Origin: Candidatus Eiseniibacteriota bacterium
GTDB taxonomy: Bacteria; Eisenbacteria; RBG-16-71-46
Length of the DNA stretch: 64,000 nucleotides
Assembly: GCA_963725865.1 (NCBI GenBank)
Contig: CAVSAC010000010.1
Location: 544,001-608,000 of the forward strand
Direction of reading: 5' to 3'
The position numbers and the translations under genes are program-made. The notes beneath the pieces are model-generated. The model was not told where the DNA came from. It saw only the letters and a list, made by a program, of their open reading frames with translations, and searched no databases. Below are positions 19,847 through 31,909 of this stretch, piece by piece (within the stretch, counting starts at the first letter, position 1; every line of letters begins with the position of its first letter).

Positions 19847-20499
19847 GCCTGTGGAATCGCGTGTTCGGGCGGAGTCCGCGGCGCGATCTCGTTCCGGTGC
19901 GCTGGCTGGCGCCCGAGGAATCGCCGTACGGCATCGAGGTGCTCGACTGCCGCGGGCTGTCCGAGGACGCGCGGGTGGCGACCGTCTCGGCCGAAGGCAG
20001 CGCGCGCTTCGCCGCGCTGCGGGTCTCGGACGGGACGGAGCACCGCGGCACCGTCCCTCAGCCGCCCGCGACGCTCGACTGCCGGCTCGAGTATCCGATC
20101 GCGCGGCCGCTCTCCGAGGGCGCGCTGTTCCGCGCCGCCACCACCGACGAGAAGTGGGACGTGTTCCACTTCGACGGTTCGCTCTACTGCGTCCGCAGCG
20201 CGACCGGCACGCTCGAGTACCGTGCGGCGCTGGCGTTCCCGCCGGGAGTGCTGCGGCTGGCGAGCGTGAGCGCGCGCTCGGAGCTCGCCACGGCCGAGCC
20301 CGCGTACGTGGTGGCCGCGGTGGACTTCCTGGTGCGCTCGCACGTGCTGGGGCTCGAGGCGCCGCATCCGCTGCCGAGCGCGGCGACCGGCAGCCCCGAG
20401 GAGCTGGCCCTGCTCTCGTGGCGCCAGCACGGGCGCTTCGCGTGCTTCGGAGCGTACGCGGACACCAGCGTGCTGCCGCTGGCGTCGATGCTGGAATGA
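19843..20499 (+). CDS. Hypothetical protein
   Basis: GTG start overlapping the suhB stop (GTGA); 218 aa with globular composition and a DEKWDVFHFDGSLYCVRS segment. Confidence 0.6.
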   Translation: MSLWNRVFGRSPRRDLVPVRWLAPEESPYGIEVLDCRGLSEDARVATVSAEGSARFAALRVSDGTEHRGTVPQPPATLDCRLEYPIARPLSEGALFRAATTDEKWDVFHFDGSLYCVRSATGTLEYRAALAFPPGVLRLASVSARSELATAEPAYVVAAVDFLVRSHVLGLEAPHPLPSAATGSPEELALLSWRQHGRFACFGAYADTSVLPLASMLE

Positions 20500-20515
20500 G
20501 CGGGGAGCGCCGCGA

Positions 20516-20917
20516 CTAGGCGGCGGCGGGACGGGCGGGCGGCAGGCGCAGCTTGGTGCGGATGCGCTGCACCAGGTCGCGGATGTCGTACGGCTTGGTG
20601 ACGAACGAGTCGGCACCCATCTCGAGCGCCAGCCGGCGATCCTGCTCACCCGAGCGGGCGGACAGGATGATGATCGGGATCGATCGATAGCGCTGGTCGA
20701 ACTTGAGCGCGCGGCACACCTGGTAGCCATCCATCTTCGGCAGCATCAGGTCGAGCACGATCAGGTCCGGGTGCGCCTCGCGCGCCTGGCGCAGGCCATC
20801 CTCGCCGTCGAACGCGCACAGCACCTCGAACCCCTCCGCCTGCAAGCCGAAGCGCAGCACCGAGACGAGGTCGGCCTCGTCGTCGACGACCAGGATCTTC
20901 GCGTGGGTTTCGGACAT
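20516..20917 (-). CDS. Single-domain response regulator
   Basis: ILVVDDE, PDLIVLDLMLP, ILSA, TKPY; no output domain. Confidence 0.92.
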   Translation of the reverse strand: MSETHAKILVVDDEADLVSVLRFGLQAEGFEVLCAFDGEDGLRQAREAHPDLIVLDLMLPKMDGYQVCRALKFDQRYRSIPIIILSARSGEQDRRLALEMGADSFVTKPYDIRDLVQRIRTKLRLPPARPAAA

Positions 20918-21024
20918 CCATTCCTCGCAAGGGACATCGGGGGATCCACGTGGAGGTTATCGGTCCGCACCACCTCGGACATGAGTGGGAATCCGCGCCA
21001 TCGCCGCGCACGCGGCGGCCCGCC

Positions 21025-22944
21025 TCAGCGGCCGACGGCGGTGGGTTCGTCGCGGATGAAGGGAGCGGCCCCGCGTGCGACCTCGCCCGACACCAGGTCG
21101 CGGACCTGGATCTCGATGCGGTAGCGGCCCGGCGGCAGGCTCTGCACCGGGACGCTCACGAACTGGCGGCGGATGTCGCCGATGAAGCTCTCCTCGCGGC
21201 TCGTCACGATTGGCGGCGGCAGGTTGCGCGGCGCGAACGCGCGCTGGAGCCACACCCGGGTGTCGCGGACGTCCGAGCGCACCGTGTACACGTACTCGAA
21301 TCGCGACTGGCGGTCGGCGCCGGGCTGCAGGCGGTACGCCTCGAAGTAGGCGGTCAGCGGAGCCCCGGCCGGAACGTGGGCGCCCGGGTTGGCGGTGATG
21401 CGCACCGCGGCCGACGGCGTCAGGTTCGGCACGCCGCACGAGATCACGACGTCGCTGAGGGCGAGCGTGGTGCCGAGCGGCTGCAACTGCACGACCTCCC
21501 GGTAGACGCCGCGGTGCCTGCCCGCATCGTGCACCGAGAGGCCGACGCGGTAGCGTCCCGGCGGCAGCGCGGTCGCGAACTCGGCGACCTGGCGGGCGGC
21601 CGGGTCGCACGCCGACGGCGACAGCGCACGGCGGGCGCGCGCGATCTCGGTCGCCGAGCTGTCGAACACCACCCAATCCGAGACCAGCGCGTCGCCGGGC
21701 TTGCCGGCGATCTCGATCTGGGCGAGCAGGCGCGGGCCGTCGGGACCCTCGAAGCGCGCGATGTGGCCGTCCACCGGGATCGGCTCGACGCCGGGCGGGA
21801 ACACCGGGAACACGCCCCGACCCCCGGCCGAGGCCAGCGCGTCACCCCGCCGGGCGAGCGAGTCCGGATCGGGCTGCGGGTCCGGATCACTCTCGCGCTG
21901 GATCGGCAGCAGGTAGTACTCGGAGAGCAGCCGATCCTGCATCTGAACCGACATGCCGAGCTCGGGGTAGTCCCACACCAGCACGTTCATCGGGTATTCG
22001 ACCCCGGTGATGAAGCGCATCGAGAGCGACATCCCGACCGGGTTGTACTCCGCGTGGTGCGGCGCGCCGTAGCGCACGTACACCTCGCCGCGCTCGTCCC
22101 ATTCGCGGCGGCGGGAGTTGAAGTAGAGGAAATAGGCGTGACTGACCCGGGCCCAGTACTCCAGCTGCGCCTCGTTCTCGACACTGGTGGGATCCGGGTC
22201 GTGCTCGCGCCAGAAACGCTGGACGAACTCCGCCTGCTCCGCCGCTGGCAGTCGGTGGAGCTGCAAGGTGTCCTGCTCGCTCGCGACCGGAGCGATGTCG
22301 TCGAAACGATCGCGGACGATGCGCGGCAGCCGCGGGATCGCATGGCGGAAGCCCTCCTCCGCGCGCTCGAGCATGCCGCGTCGATACGCGGTGTACGCCA
22401 CCGCCAGCTCGCACTCGGCACGCTCGGGTGCGGCCTCGAACGCGCGGTCGGCGGCCGCCGAGGCGGCGCGCAGGTCCCCCTGCTCCACCAGCAGCGGCGT
22501 GAGCATCAGCCACGCCTCGGGACTGCGCGGTGTCAGACGCGCCGCCGCCGAAAAGCTCTGCACCGCGAGAGCGAGCGAGTTCGGATCGAGGTACTTGAGC
22601 CAGTCGCGCCGCCAGACCTGTCCGAGCCCGAAACGGGACGGCGCGTCCTGCGGGTCCAGCCGCATCACGCGCTCGAAGCGCCGGCGCGAGTTCTTGAGGA
22701 ACCCGGCCTGGTAGTAGGCGCGCGCCAGCGTGAGCTCGGCCTGCGCGTCGCCCGGGCGCATGAGGGTCGCCTCCTCGAGGCACGCGATGGCGACGCGCCG
22801 GGTGTCCACCGTGTTGCGCCGGAGCATCTCGTCGGCCCGGGCGCACAGCGAATCGGCGGCGGCCGCGCGATCGTCGCGCACGGCGCGCGCGGGCGTGGCG
22901 AGCAGGACGAAGCAGCAGATGGCGAGGGCAGCCAGAAGGCGCAT
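21025..22944 (-). CDS. Secreted TPR + GWxTD-domain protein
   Basis: Start MRLLAALAICC at 22944, signal peptide, TPR-like helices, FWREHDPDP...ENE...YWARV...REWDERGEVYVRYGAP. Confidence 0.8.
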   Translation of the reverse strand: MRLLAALAICCFVLLATPARAVRDDRAAAADSLCARADEMLRRNTVDTRRVAIACLEEATLMRPGDAQAELTLARAYYQAGFLKNSRRRFERVMRLDPQDAPSRFGLGQVWRRDWLKYLDPNSLALAVQSFSAAARLTPRSPEAWLMLTPLLVEQGDLRAASAAADRAFEAAPERAECELAVAYTAYRRGMLERAEEGFRHAIPRLPRIVRDRFDDIAPVASEQDTLQLHRLPAAEQAEFVQRFWREHDPDPTSVENEAQLEYWARVSHAYFLYFNSRRREWDERGEVYVRYGAPHHAEYNPVGMSLSMRFITGVEYPMNVLVWDYPELGMSVQMQDRLLSEYYLLPIQRESDPDPQPDPDSLARRGDALASAGGRGVFPVFPPGVEPIPVDGHIARFEGPDGPRLLAQIEIAGKPGDALVSDWVVFDSSATEIARARRALSPSACDPAARQVAEFATALPPGRYRVGLSVHDAGRHRGVYREVVQLQPLGTTLALSDVVISCGVPNLTPSAAVRITANPGAHVPAGAPLTAYFEAYRLQPGADRQSRFEYVYTVRSDVRDTRVWLQRAFAPRNLPPPIVTSREESFIGDIRRQFVSVPVQSLPPGRYRIEIQVRDLVSGEVARGAAPFIRDEPTAVGR

Positions 22945-23038
22945 GTGTGGGGTCCGAGTTCCCGGCCACGTCAGTATCGACGAGGCGCACGGTGGATTCA
23001 ACGATCGAGTCGTCGGCGCCCGGCGCTCACCGCGCGCC

Positions 23039-23067
23039 TTGCCCGCCCCGGCGCGTCCTCCTACCAT
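23039..23067 (+). promoter_or_regulatory. Probable promoter giving a leaderless or near-leaderless transcript
   Basis: TTGCCC-N17-TACCAT with ATG 9 nt downstream and no SD. Confidence 0.45.
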
Positions 23068-23076
23068 CCAGCCGTC

Positions 23077-23919
23077 ATGATCGCCCTCGGGCCGCCGCTC
23101 AGCTCCGAACTCCGCGCGCGACACGCGCTGCTCGACGTCCGCGTCGAAGCCGAGTTCCGGCGCGCGCACCTCCCCGGCAGCGGCAACCTCCCGGTCGCCG
23201 AGCTCGAGGCGCGGCGCGCCGAGCTGCCGTCCCGCGACGTGGCCGTGCTGGTGCTCGCGGCGACCGCCGCCGAGGCGCGGACCGGGGCCGCCGAACTCGA
23301 GCGCCTCGGGTACCTCGACGTGGCGTGGCTCGACGCGCCGCTGGCGGACGCCGGCGTGCCGCTGGACTCCGACGGCGCGGGCGTGCCGCTCTGGCGGCCG
23401 GCCGCATTCCTGGCCGAGGTGCTGCCGGGAATCCCGCGCGGCCGTGCGCTCGACGTCGCCGCGGGGTCGGGCCGCGAGGCGGTCACCCTCGCGCTGCACG
23501 GATTCGAGGTCGAGGCGTGGGACCGTGCGCCCGAGGCGCTCGCGCGTGCGAGCGACCTGGCGGCCCGGCACGGCGTGCGGATCGAGACCGTGGTGTGCGA
23601 CCTCGAGTGGCGCGGAGCGACGCTGCCCGCGGAGCGCTACGACCTGGTGGTGTGCTTCCGCTTCCTGCACCGGCCGCTGCTGCCCGCGATGGCACTCGCG
23701 CTGCGACCGGGGGGCCATCTGGTGTACGAGACGTATCGCACCGGTCAGGAGCGCTTCGGACGACCCACCCATCGCCGCTTCCTGCTCGAGCCGGGGGAGC
23801 TGCGCGCGGCGTTCCCGGGACTCGAGGTCCTGCGGGAAGAGGAATGCACTCCCGCGGGTGGGCCGCTCACCGCGCGCCTGTGGGCGCGGCGCCCCGGCGC
23901 CGCGGCCGCGAGCGGATGA
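23077..23919 (+). CDS. Rhodanese-like domain + class I SAM methyltransferase (TehB-like)
   Basis: LLDVR...EFRRAHLPGS; ALDVAAGSGRE; YDLVVCFRFLHRP; LRPGGHLVYET. Confidence 0.8.
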   Translation: MIALGPPLSSELRARHALLDVRVEAEFRRAHLPGSGNLPVAELEARRAELPSRDVAVLVLAATAAEARTGAAELERLGYLDVAWLDAPLADAGVPLDSDGAGVPLWRPAAFLAEVLPGIPRGRALDVAAGSGREAVTLALHGFEVEAWDRAPEALARASDLAARHGVRIETVVCDLEWRGATLPAERYDLVVCFRFLHRPLLPAMALALRPGGHLVYETYRTGQERFGRPTHRRFLLEPGELRAAFPGLEVLREEECTPAGGPLTARLWARRPGAAAASG

Positions 23920-24779
23920 GGGCGCGCGTGCTGCGCTCGCGCACGGTCCCGGGAATGGTCGCGCTCGCGTGCGCGTTCGGCGGCGCGCCCGCGGCGCGCG
24001 CGCACGAATGGTGGCTGGAGCCCGCCCACTTCGCGGCGAGCGCCCCGGAGACCGTGACGGTCGCAGCGTTCGCAGGGATGGGATTCCACGGCGAGCGCAA
24101 GGCCTTCGCCACCGCGCGCGTGGCGCGAATGGCATTGTCCGCCGACGGGACCACGCGCGAGCTGCCGTCCTCCGGCATTCCCGGCACCGACGTGTTCGCG
24201 CGTGTGCCGGCGGCGGATCTCGGCCGCGGACCTGCCGTGGTCGCGCTCGAGACCCACTTCGCCCAGCTGACGCTGGCGGCCGCGGAGTTCGACGAGTACC
24301 TGCGCGCCGAAGGGCTGGATGGTCCGCTGGCGGCGCGCCGGGGTGCACCGCGCGATTCCGTGCGCGAGCGCTATGCACGCTGTGCGCGAATCTGGCTGCG
24401 CGGCGGCGAGCGCGCGGCCGGCTCCACCGGGCTCACCTTCGAGCTGCTGCCCCGCAGCGACCCCACGCGGGAGTCGGCCGGCGCGGCGCGCCGGCCGCTC
24501 GAGGTGCAGGTCCTGTTGCGCGGCCGGCCGCTGCCGGGGGCACTGGTCCGGGCGTGGCGGCGGCCGCTCGATCACGCCGACGTGCCGGCCCCGGCCGACG
24601 CGCGCGACTCCGTCGCGGTGTTCGCAAGTGCCCGTTCGGATGCGCGCGGGATCGCGCGCGTGCCGGTGCACGGTGCCGGCGAGTGGCTGCTGGCTGCCGT
24701 ACACATGGAACGCAGCGACGATCCGGCGGCCGCAGACTGGCAGAGCTTCTGGGCCTCGCTCACGTTCGCCCGGCGGTGA
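23916..24779 (+). CDS. DUF4198-like periplasmic protein
   Basis: ARA/HEWWLEP N-terminus, FDEYLRAEG, RERYARCA, C-terminal WQSFWASLTF. Confidence 0.75.
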   Translation: MRARVLRSRTVPGMVALACAFGGAPAARAHEWWLEPAHFAASAPETVTVAAFAGMGFHGERKAFATARVARMALSADGTTRELPSSGIPGTDVFARVPAADLGRGPAVVALETHFAQLTLAAAEFDEYLRAEGLDGPLAARRGAPRDSVRERYARCARIWLRGGERAAGSTGLTFELLPRSDPTRESAGAARRPLEVQVLLRGRPLPGALVRAWRRPLDHADVPAPADARDSVAVFASARSDARGIARVPVHGAGEWLLAAVHMERSDDPAAADWQSFWASLTFARR

Positions 24780-26372
<1,593 letters not shown>

Positions 26373-26394
26373 TCGGCTCCGGTCCGGACTAGTG

Positions 26395-26433
26395 CGTGCG
26401 GGGTGGAGCCTCTCCACCCCGCACGTCGTTTTT
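26395..26433 (+). terminator. Intrinsic terminator after gdhA
   Basis: CGTGCGGGGTGGAG-CCT-CTCCACCCCGCACG 14-bp stem followed by TCGTTTTT. Confidence 0.75.
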
Positions 26434-26463
26434 CCCCCGCTCCTTCGCACACCGGGAGACTCG

Positions 26464-29439
26464 ATGAACGCTCGCGAAAGCTCCTCGCCTGCGACCGAGC
26501 CTGGGCCGCTCCCCGGCTTCCAGAACTTGATGCCGTGGCGCGTGCAGGACATCCTGCTCGTGTCCAGCCTCTACGACTCGTTCACGCTCCAGGAGGACGG
26601 GCGGCTGAACGAGCTCGTGATGTCGGAGTTCCTCGACCTCAACCTGCATCACACTCCCGGCATCACCCATGTCGCAAGCGGCGCCGAGGCGCTCGCGCTC
26701 GCACGCACCCAGCAGCGGTTCAATCTCATCATCACCACCCCGCACCTGGGGGACATGGACGCGGCCGCGCTGGCCCACGAGGTGAAGGCCGCCGGCCTCG
26801 ACACCCCGGTGGTGGTGCTGGCGTACGACAGCCGCGAGCTGAAGGACTTCGTGTCGCGTCACGCCGACTCCGAGGTCGATCGCGCGTTCCAGTGGCAGGG
26901 CGACGCCCGCATCCTGATCTCGATCGTGAAGTACATCGAGGACCAGCGGAACGTCGCCCATGACACGCTCGCGACCGGCGTGCGCGTGATCCTCCTGGTC
27001 GAGGACAGCATCCGCTACTACTCGTCGTTCCTGCCCGTGCTCTACAGCGAGCTGATCGACCAGTCGGAGCGCCTGATCGGCGAGGGCGTGAACCTCTCGC
27101 ACAAGTTGGTGCGGCTGCGGGCGCGCCCGAAGATCCTCCTGTGCTCCACGTTCGAGGAAGCGTGGGAGCGCTTCAACGACTACGCCGCGCACGTGCTCGG
27201 CGTGATCGCCGACATCGAGTTCCCGCGCGCCGGCACGCTGGCGCGCGATGCCGGCTTCCAGCTCGCGCGCATGATCCGCGAGCACTCCCCCGACATGCCG
27301 CTCATGCTGCAGTCGAGCCGCCCCGAGAACGAGGCCCCGGCGCGGGCGGTCGGCGCGTCGTTCCTGCTCAAAGGCAGCCCCACGCTGAACGCCGACCTGC
27401 GGCGCTTCATGGTCGACCAGTTCGCGTTCGGGGATTTCGTGTTCCGCCTGCGCGACGGCACCGAGACGGGACGCGCGGCGGACCTGCGCTCGCTCGAGGA
27501 CCAGCTGCGCACCGTGCCCGCCGAGAGCGTCGGCTACCACGCGGAGCGCAACCACTTCTCGAATTGGCTGACCGCGCGCACCGAGTTCGGGCTCGCGCGC
27601 GCGCTGCGCCCGCGCAAGGTCGAGGACTTCCGTTCGCTCGAAGACCTGCGCCACGTGCTGATCGAAGCCATCAACGACTACCGCCACGAGCAGAACGAGC
27701 TGCTGGTGGGCGATTTCGACCGCCAGGCGTTCGACCCCGACGCGCGGTTCTTCGCGCGCATCGGCAGCGGCTCGCTCGGCGGCAAGGCGCGCGGGCTCGC
27801 GTTCGTCCGCCACCTGCTGGGACTGCACCGGGTGAGCCGGCGGTTCCCGGGCGTGCGGGTCGGCGTGCCGCCTGCCGTCGTGCTCGCGACCGACGTGTTC
27901 GACCGCTTTCTCGCCGAGAACGACCTGCTGGCCGACGCGCTCGACACCACGGACGACGCGATGGTGCTCGCGCGGTTCCTGGCGGCGCGGCTGCCCGACG
28001 ACCTGATGATGGACCTCGCGGTGTTCCTCGAGGCGGTGCGCGTGCCGCTCGCGGTGCGCTCGTCGAGCCTGCTCGAGGACTCCCAGTACCAGCCGTTCAC
28101 CGGCGTGTACGAGACGTTCATGCTGCCCAACAACCAGCCCGACCTGCGTGACCGGATGCTCCAGCTGGTCACGGCGATCAAGCGCGTGTACGCGTCCACC
28201 TTCTCCCAGCACGCCAAGGCGTACCTGCGGGCCACGCCGTTCCGGCTCGAGGAGGAGAAGATGGCGATCGTGATCCAGAAGGTGCTGGGTGCTCCGCACG
28301 GCCCGCGCTTCTATCCCGACTTCTCGGGCGTGGCGCGCTCGCACAACTTCTACCCCACGCCGCCGCTGGCGGCCGCGGACGGCATCGCGGCGGTCGCGCT
28401 CGGGCTGGGGCGCACGGTGGTCGAGGGCGAGAAGTGCCTGACCTTCTGCCCCCGCCATCCGCAGCACCTGATCCAATTCTCGTCGGTGCAGGACATGCTG
28501 CGCAATTCCCAGCGGAGCTTCTGGGCGCTCGAGCTCGAATCCGCGGCGGATCTCAACGACCCCGAGCGCGCACTGCGGGAGTCGCGGTTCGACGTGTCGC
28601 TCGCGGAGCGGGACGGCACGCTGGACGTGCTGGCGTCGACCTACTCTCCCGACAACGACGCCGTCTACGACGGCACCGGCCGGCCCGGCGCGCGACTGGT
28701 GTCGTTCGCGCCGATCCTCAAGCACCAGGTCTTCCCGCTGGCGCCGATCCTCGACCTGCTGCTCGGCATCGGCGCGCGCGGCATGAGCAAGCCGGCCGAG
28801 ATCGAATTCGCCGTCCGGCTGGCGCACTCCGCGGGCGAGGAACACGAGCTGGGCTTTCTGCAGATGCGCCCGCTCGTGATGTCCCAGGAGACGCTGGACC
28901 TGGAGATCGGCGTACTGCCGGACGCCGCGCTGCTGTGTCGCAGCGTCAAGGTGCTGGGGCACGGGCTCGTGGACGGGCTGCAGGACGTGGTGGTGGTGGA
29001 CTTCCTGCGCTTCGACCGCTCGCGGAGCCGCGAGGCGGCGGCCGCGGTGTCGCGCTTCAACGCCCAGCTGGTGGACGAGGGCCGCCCCTACCTGCTGATC
29101 GGCGTGGGGCGCTGGGGCTCCACCGATCCATGGCTCGGGATCCCGGTGGCGTGGGACGAGATCTCGGGCGCGCGCGTGATCGTGGAGGCCGGCTTCCGGG
29201 ACTTCCGCGTCACGCCGTCGCAGGGCAGCCACTTCTTCCAGAACCTGACCTCGTTCCAGGTCGGCTACTTCACGGTCAACCCCGAGCTGGGCGACGGCAC
29301 GGTCGACTGGGCGTGGCTCGCGAAGCAGCCGGCCGTGGCCGAGACCGAGCACGTCCGCCACCTGCGGCTCGCCGCTCCCGCGGTGGTGAAGATGAACGGC
29401 CGGCGCAACGAGGGCGTGATCTTCAAGCCGGGGGCCTGA
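26464..29439 (+). CDS. REC-like domains + PPDK/PEP-synthase nucleotide-binding (ATP-grasp) domain protein
   Basis: DILLVSSLYDSF, ILLVEDS, IGSGSLGGKARGL, PLAVRSSSLLEDS, EEEKMAIVIQ, GRWGSTDPWLGIPV, SQGSHFFQN. Confidence 0.85.
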   Translation: MNARESSSPATEPGPLPGFQNLMPWRVQDILLVSSLYDSFTLQEDGRLNELVMSEFLDLNLHHTPGITHVASGAEALALARTQQRFNLIITTPHLGDMDAAALAHEVKAAGLDTPVVVLAYDSRELKDFVSRHADSEVDRAFQWQGDARILISIVKYIEDQRNVAHDTLATGVRVILLVEDSIRYYSSFLPVLYSELIDQSERLIGEGVNLSHKLVRLRARPKILLCSTFEEAWERFNDYAAHVLGVIADIEFPRAGTLARDAGFQLARMIREHSPDMPLMLQSSRPENEAPARAVGASFLLKGSPTLNADLRRFMVDQFAFGDFVFRLRDGTETGRAADLRSLEDQLRTVPAESVGYHAERNHFSNWLTARTEFGLARALRPRKVEDFRSLEDLRHVLIEAINDYRHEQNELLVGDFDRQAFDPDARFFARIGSGSLGGKARGLAFVRHLLGLHRVSRRFPGVRVGVPPAVVLATDVFDRFLAENDLLADALDTTDDAMVLARFLAARLPDDLMMDLAVFLEAVRVPLAVRSSSLLEDSQYQPFTGVYETFMLPNNQPDLRDRMLQLVTAIKRVYASTFSQHAKAYLRATPFRLEEEKMAIVIQKVLGAPHGPRFYPDFSGVARSHNFYPTPPLAAADGIAAVALGLGRTVVEGEKCLTFCPRHPQHLIQFSSVQDMLRNSQRSFWALELESAADLNDPERALRESRFDVSLAERDGTLDVLASTYSPDNDAVYDGTGRPGARLVSFAPILKHQVFPLAPILDLLLGIGARGMSKPAEIEFAVRLAHSAGEEHELGFLQMRPLVMSQETLDLEIGVLPDAALLCRSVKVLGHGLVDGLQDVVVVDFLRFDRSRSREAAAAVSRFNAQLVDEGRPYLLIGVGRWGSTDPWLGIPVAWDEISGARVIVEAGFRDFRVTPSQGSHFFQNLTSFQVGYFTVNPELGDGTVDWAWLAKQPAVAETEHVRHLRLAAPAVVKMNGRRNEGVIFKPGA

Positions 29440-29495
29440 CATCGCAACGGGGCGGAGCCGCCCGGCCCCGCCCCGCTTGCCAAGGATGCGCCCAG

Positions 29496-31883
29496 CTACC
29501 GCAGGACGGCGACCCGCGCGACCACCGGCTTATCCATCCCGATCCTGACCAGGTAGAGACCGGGCGCGAGGTCGTGCGCACGTGCGAGCCCGATCACCTG
29601 GCGCACGCCGGTGCCCGCGATCGTGCGCGACGCCACGATCCGGCCGGAGACATCCAGCAACTCCACGCGCGTCGCGTGCCCCATCGGAGTGGCGAACGAA
29701 ACGGTCACATCCCCGCCGATGACCGGATTCGGCACCCGTGGCGCCAGATCGATCTCTGAGGGCAGATCGATCCAACTCTCGCCCGCGAACTGCACCGCTC
29801 CCGCGCCCTCGAGGATCGCGAGCCGGTAGCCATAGCGCGAGCCCGGGACGACGTCGCCGTCCTCGAATCGCACGAATCCGGAACCATCCAGCCTCTCGAT
29901 GCCGAGATCCTTCCACCAGCCGCTCTCGAGGCGCCGCTGCACCGTGCACGTGGTCGGAGCGTCGGCGGCGACGTGCCACACCAGGAAGACGCGACCGTCA
30001 CGCACCTCGTGAGTGACCAACGAGGCGAGCGCCGCCGTCGAGCCATTCGGCGTGGCGAGCGCGTACGGGCTCACGTTGCCGTGCACGTCCACCGCCGCCA
30101 GCTTGTAGTACCACTGCGACGAGCCGCTGGGATCCACGTAGCCGGTGTCGGCCTGCGCCGCGAGCAGGTTGTCGGCAGCCGGCGCGAACTCGGGCTCGGC
30201 GCCACGATGGAGGTGGAAGCGCGCGAAGTCGCCGGCCGCGTTGGGCGCCCAGTGGAGGGCGGCCCCCTGCGCGGTGTAGACGACGACGAACGGCTCCGGA
30301 GTCGGAGGCGCGAGGTTGTCGACCGAATAGCCGCTGTCCACCGCGGACGAGTAGAACGTGAACGGGTCGCTCGTCAACGCCTGCACGAAGAACGCGGTGT
30401 ACGGGTAACTGCCCGCGATCGAGTCCTGCGTGGTGGCCGCGGTGTAGCCGTATCCCTCGAGGAATGCCGCGGGGACCTCGGCCACCGGCTCCCAGTACTC
30501 GATGGTCGCGCCCGCGAAACGGGCGACCACCGTGTGGGCGCCGGGCACGAACGTGAGGAAGTCGGTCGCGATCCGCGCCGACGTGCCAGGCGGGAGGATG
30601 CGGCGCCACACTCGGTAGTTCAGGATGCCCCGCGTGCTGGGCCGGTCCAAGCCGCTCGCTTGCCAGGTGACGAAGACACGCCCGCCCTGGTCGTGAGGGA
30701 CGTCCCGGACGTCGGTGAGGACGGGCTCGAGCACGAGGCCGCAGAGTCCTCGCCAGACGAAGAGCGCGGGCACTGCGATCTGCGTGCCGCTGTGCACCAC
30801 GAACAGGTCGGCGAGGTGGTCCCCATCCGAGTCACCGGCTTCGATGCCATTGGGGCCGGCCCACGATTCCAGGCGGTAGCCACCGCCGAACGTCCCGTCT
30901 CCGGCGTTGAGCAGCAGCACCACGTTTTGCAGGTCGGTGTCGGTCGCGGCGATGTCGAGCGCGCCGTCGGCATTCATGTCGAGCAACGCCGCGTCGTTCA
31001 TCTGCCCGCCGCCACTCTCATACGACACCGGTGCGCCGAACCCGCCGGCGGACGAGGTGCCGAGCAGCACGCGGAGGCCGGCGGCGCCCGGTGCGACCAG
31101 GTCCATGAATCCATCGCCGTTCAGGTCGCCGGCCGTGATCTCCGCGCAGCCCGCAGTCAATGCAATGGGCGACAACGCGTTGAAGGACGAACCCGCCGAG
31201 TCGGCGCCAACGAAGACGTCGAGCCGGGACACGGTCCAGTTTGCGGCCACGATCACCGGCCGCGACGTGCTGGGATGGCGAAACGCCGTGACGCTCCAAC
31301 AACCGGGCGTCGAGAGGTAGGCCGTGCGCGCGAACGTCCCGTCGCCCAGGTTCTTCAGCACGACCGCGGCGGTGCGACCCGCCACCACGAGGTCGATCCA
31401 CGAGTCGCCGTCGAGGTCCGTGGCCACCACGCCCCGGTTCTCCCAACCGGCCTTGTAGGCGACCGGCGCCGAGAACTGCCCGGACGGGATGCCGCCGATA
31501 AGCCGACCCTTGAGGATGTTCACCGATGAGTCCGAGACGTCGGTGACTGCGAGGTCGAGCGCACCGTCATGATCGAAGTCGGCGGCCACCACGCCGCGGG
31601 GCAGTGTGCCCGCGGCGTACTTCTGTTGCGGCTGAAACGAGCCGTCGCCGTTGCCCATTAGGACCGCCACCTTGTTCTCATCCAGCAGGGTGATGGCGAG
31701 ATCGAGGCGTCCGTCGGCGTCGAAATCGCCCTTCGCGACCGAGACGGGGAACAGACCCAGCTGCATCGCAGTAGGATCGGCGAACAACTGCGGTGGCGGG
31801 CAATTCGCGGCGTGGGCCACGTCGGAACCTGCCCCGAGGAGCGCGACCGCGAGGAACAGAACGACGAAAAGAATGCGCCTCAT
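29496..31883 (-). CDS. Secreted FG-GAP repeat protein with a C-terminal sorting-like domain
   Basis: Start MRRILFVVLF at 31883; about seven D-x-D/N-x-D-G-x-x-D-L repeats; C-terminus VPNP...LLDVSGRIV...APGLYLVR. Confidence 0.85.
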   Translation of the reverse strand: MRRILFVVLFLAVALLGAGSDVAHAANCPPPQLFADPTAMQLGLFPVSVAKGDFDADGRLDLAITLLDENKVAVLMGNGDGSFQPQQKYAAGTLPRGVVAADFDHDGALDLAVTDVSDSSVNILKGRLIGGIPSGQFSAPVAYKAGWENRGVVATDLDGDSWIDLVVAGRTAAVVLKNLGDGTFARTAYLSTPGCWSVTAFRHPSTSRPVIVAANWTVSRLDVFVGADSAGSSFNALSPIALTAGCAEITAGDLNGDGFMDLVAPGAAGLRVLLGTSSAGGFGAPVSYESGGGQMNDAALLDMNADGALDIAATDTDLQNVVLLLNAGDGTFGGGYRLESWAGPNGIEAGDSDGDHLADLFVVHSGTQIAVPALFVWRGLCGLVLEPVLTDVRDVPHDQGGRVFVTWQASGLDRPSTRGILNYRVWRRILPPGTSARIATDFLTFVPGAHTVVARFAGATIEYWEPVAEVPAAFLEGYGYTAATTQDSIAGSYPYTAFFVQALTSDPFTFYSSAVDSGYSVDNLAPPTPEPFVVVYTAQGAALHWAPNAAGDFARFHLHRGAEPEFAPAADNLLAAQADTGYVDPSGSSQWYYKLAAVDVHGNVSPYALATPNGSTAALASLVTHEVRDGRVFLVWHVAADAPTTCTVQRRLESGWWKDLGIERLDGSGFVRFEDGDVVPGSRYGYRLAILEGAGAVQFAGESWIDLPSEIDLAPRVPNPVIGGDVTVSFATPMGHATRVELLDVSGRIVASRTIAGTGVRQVIGLARAHDLAPGLYLVRIGMDKPVVARVAVLR

Positions 31884-31909
31884 AACCACCTCCGAGCTCC
31901 CCGGTCCAC

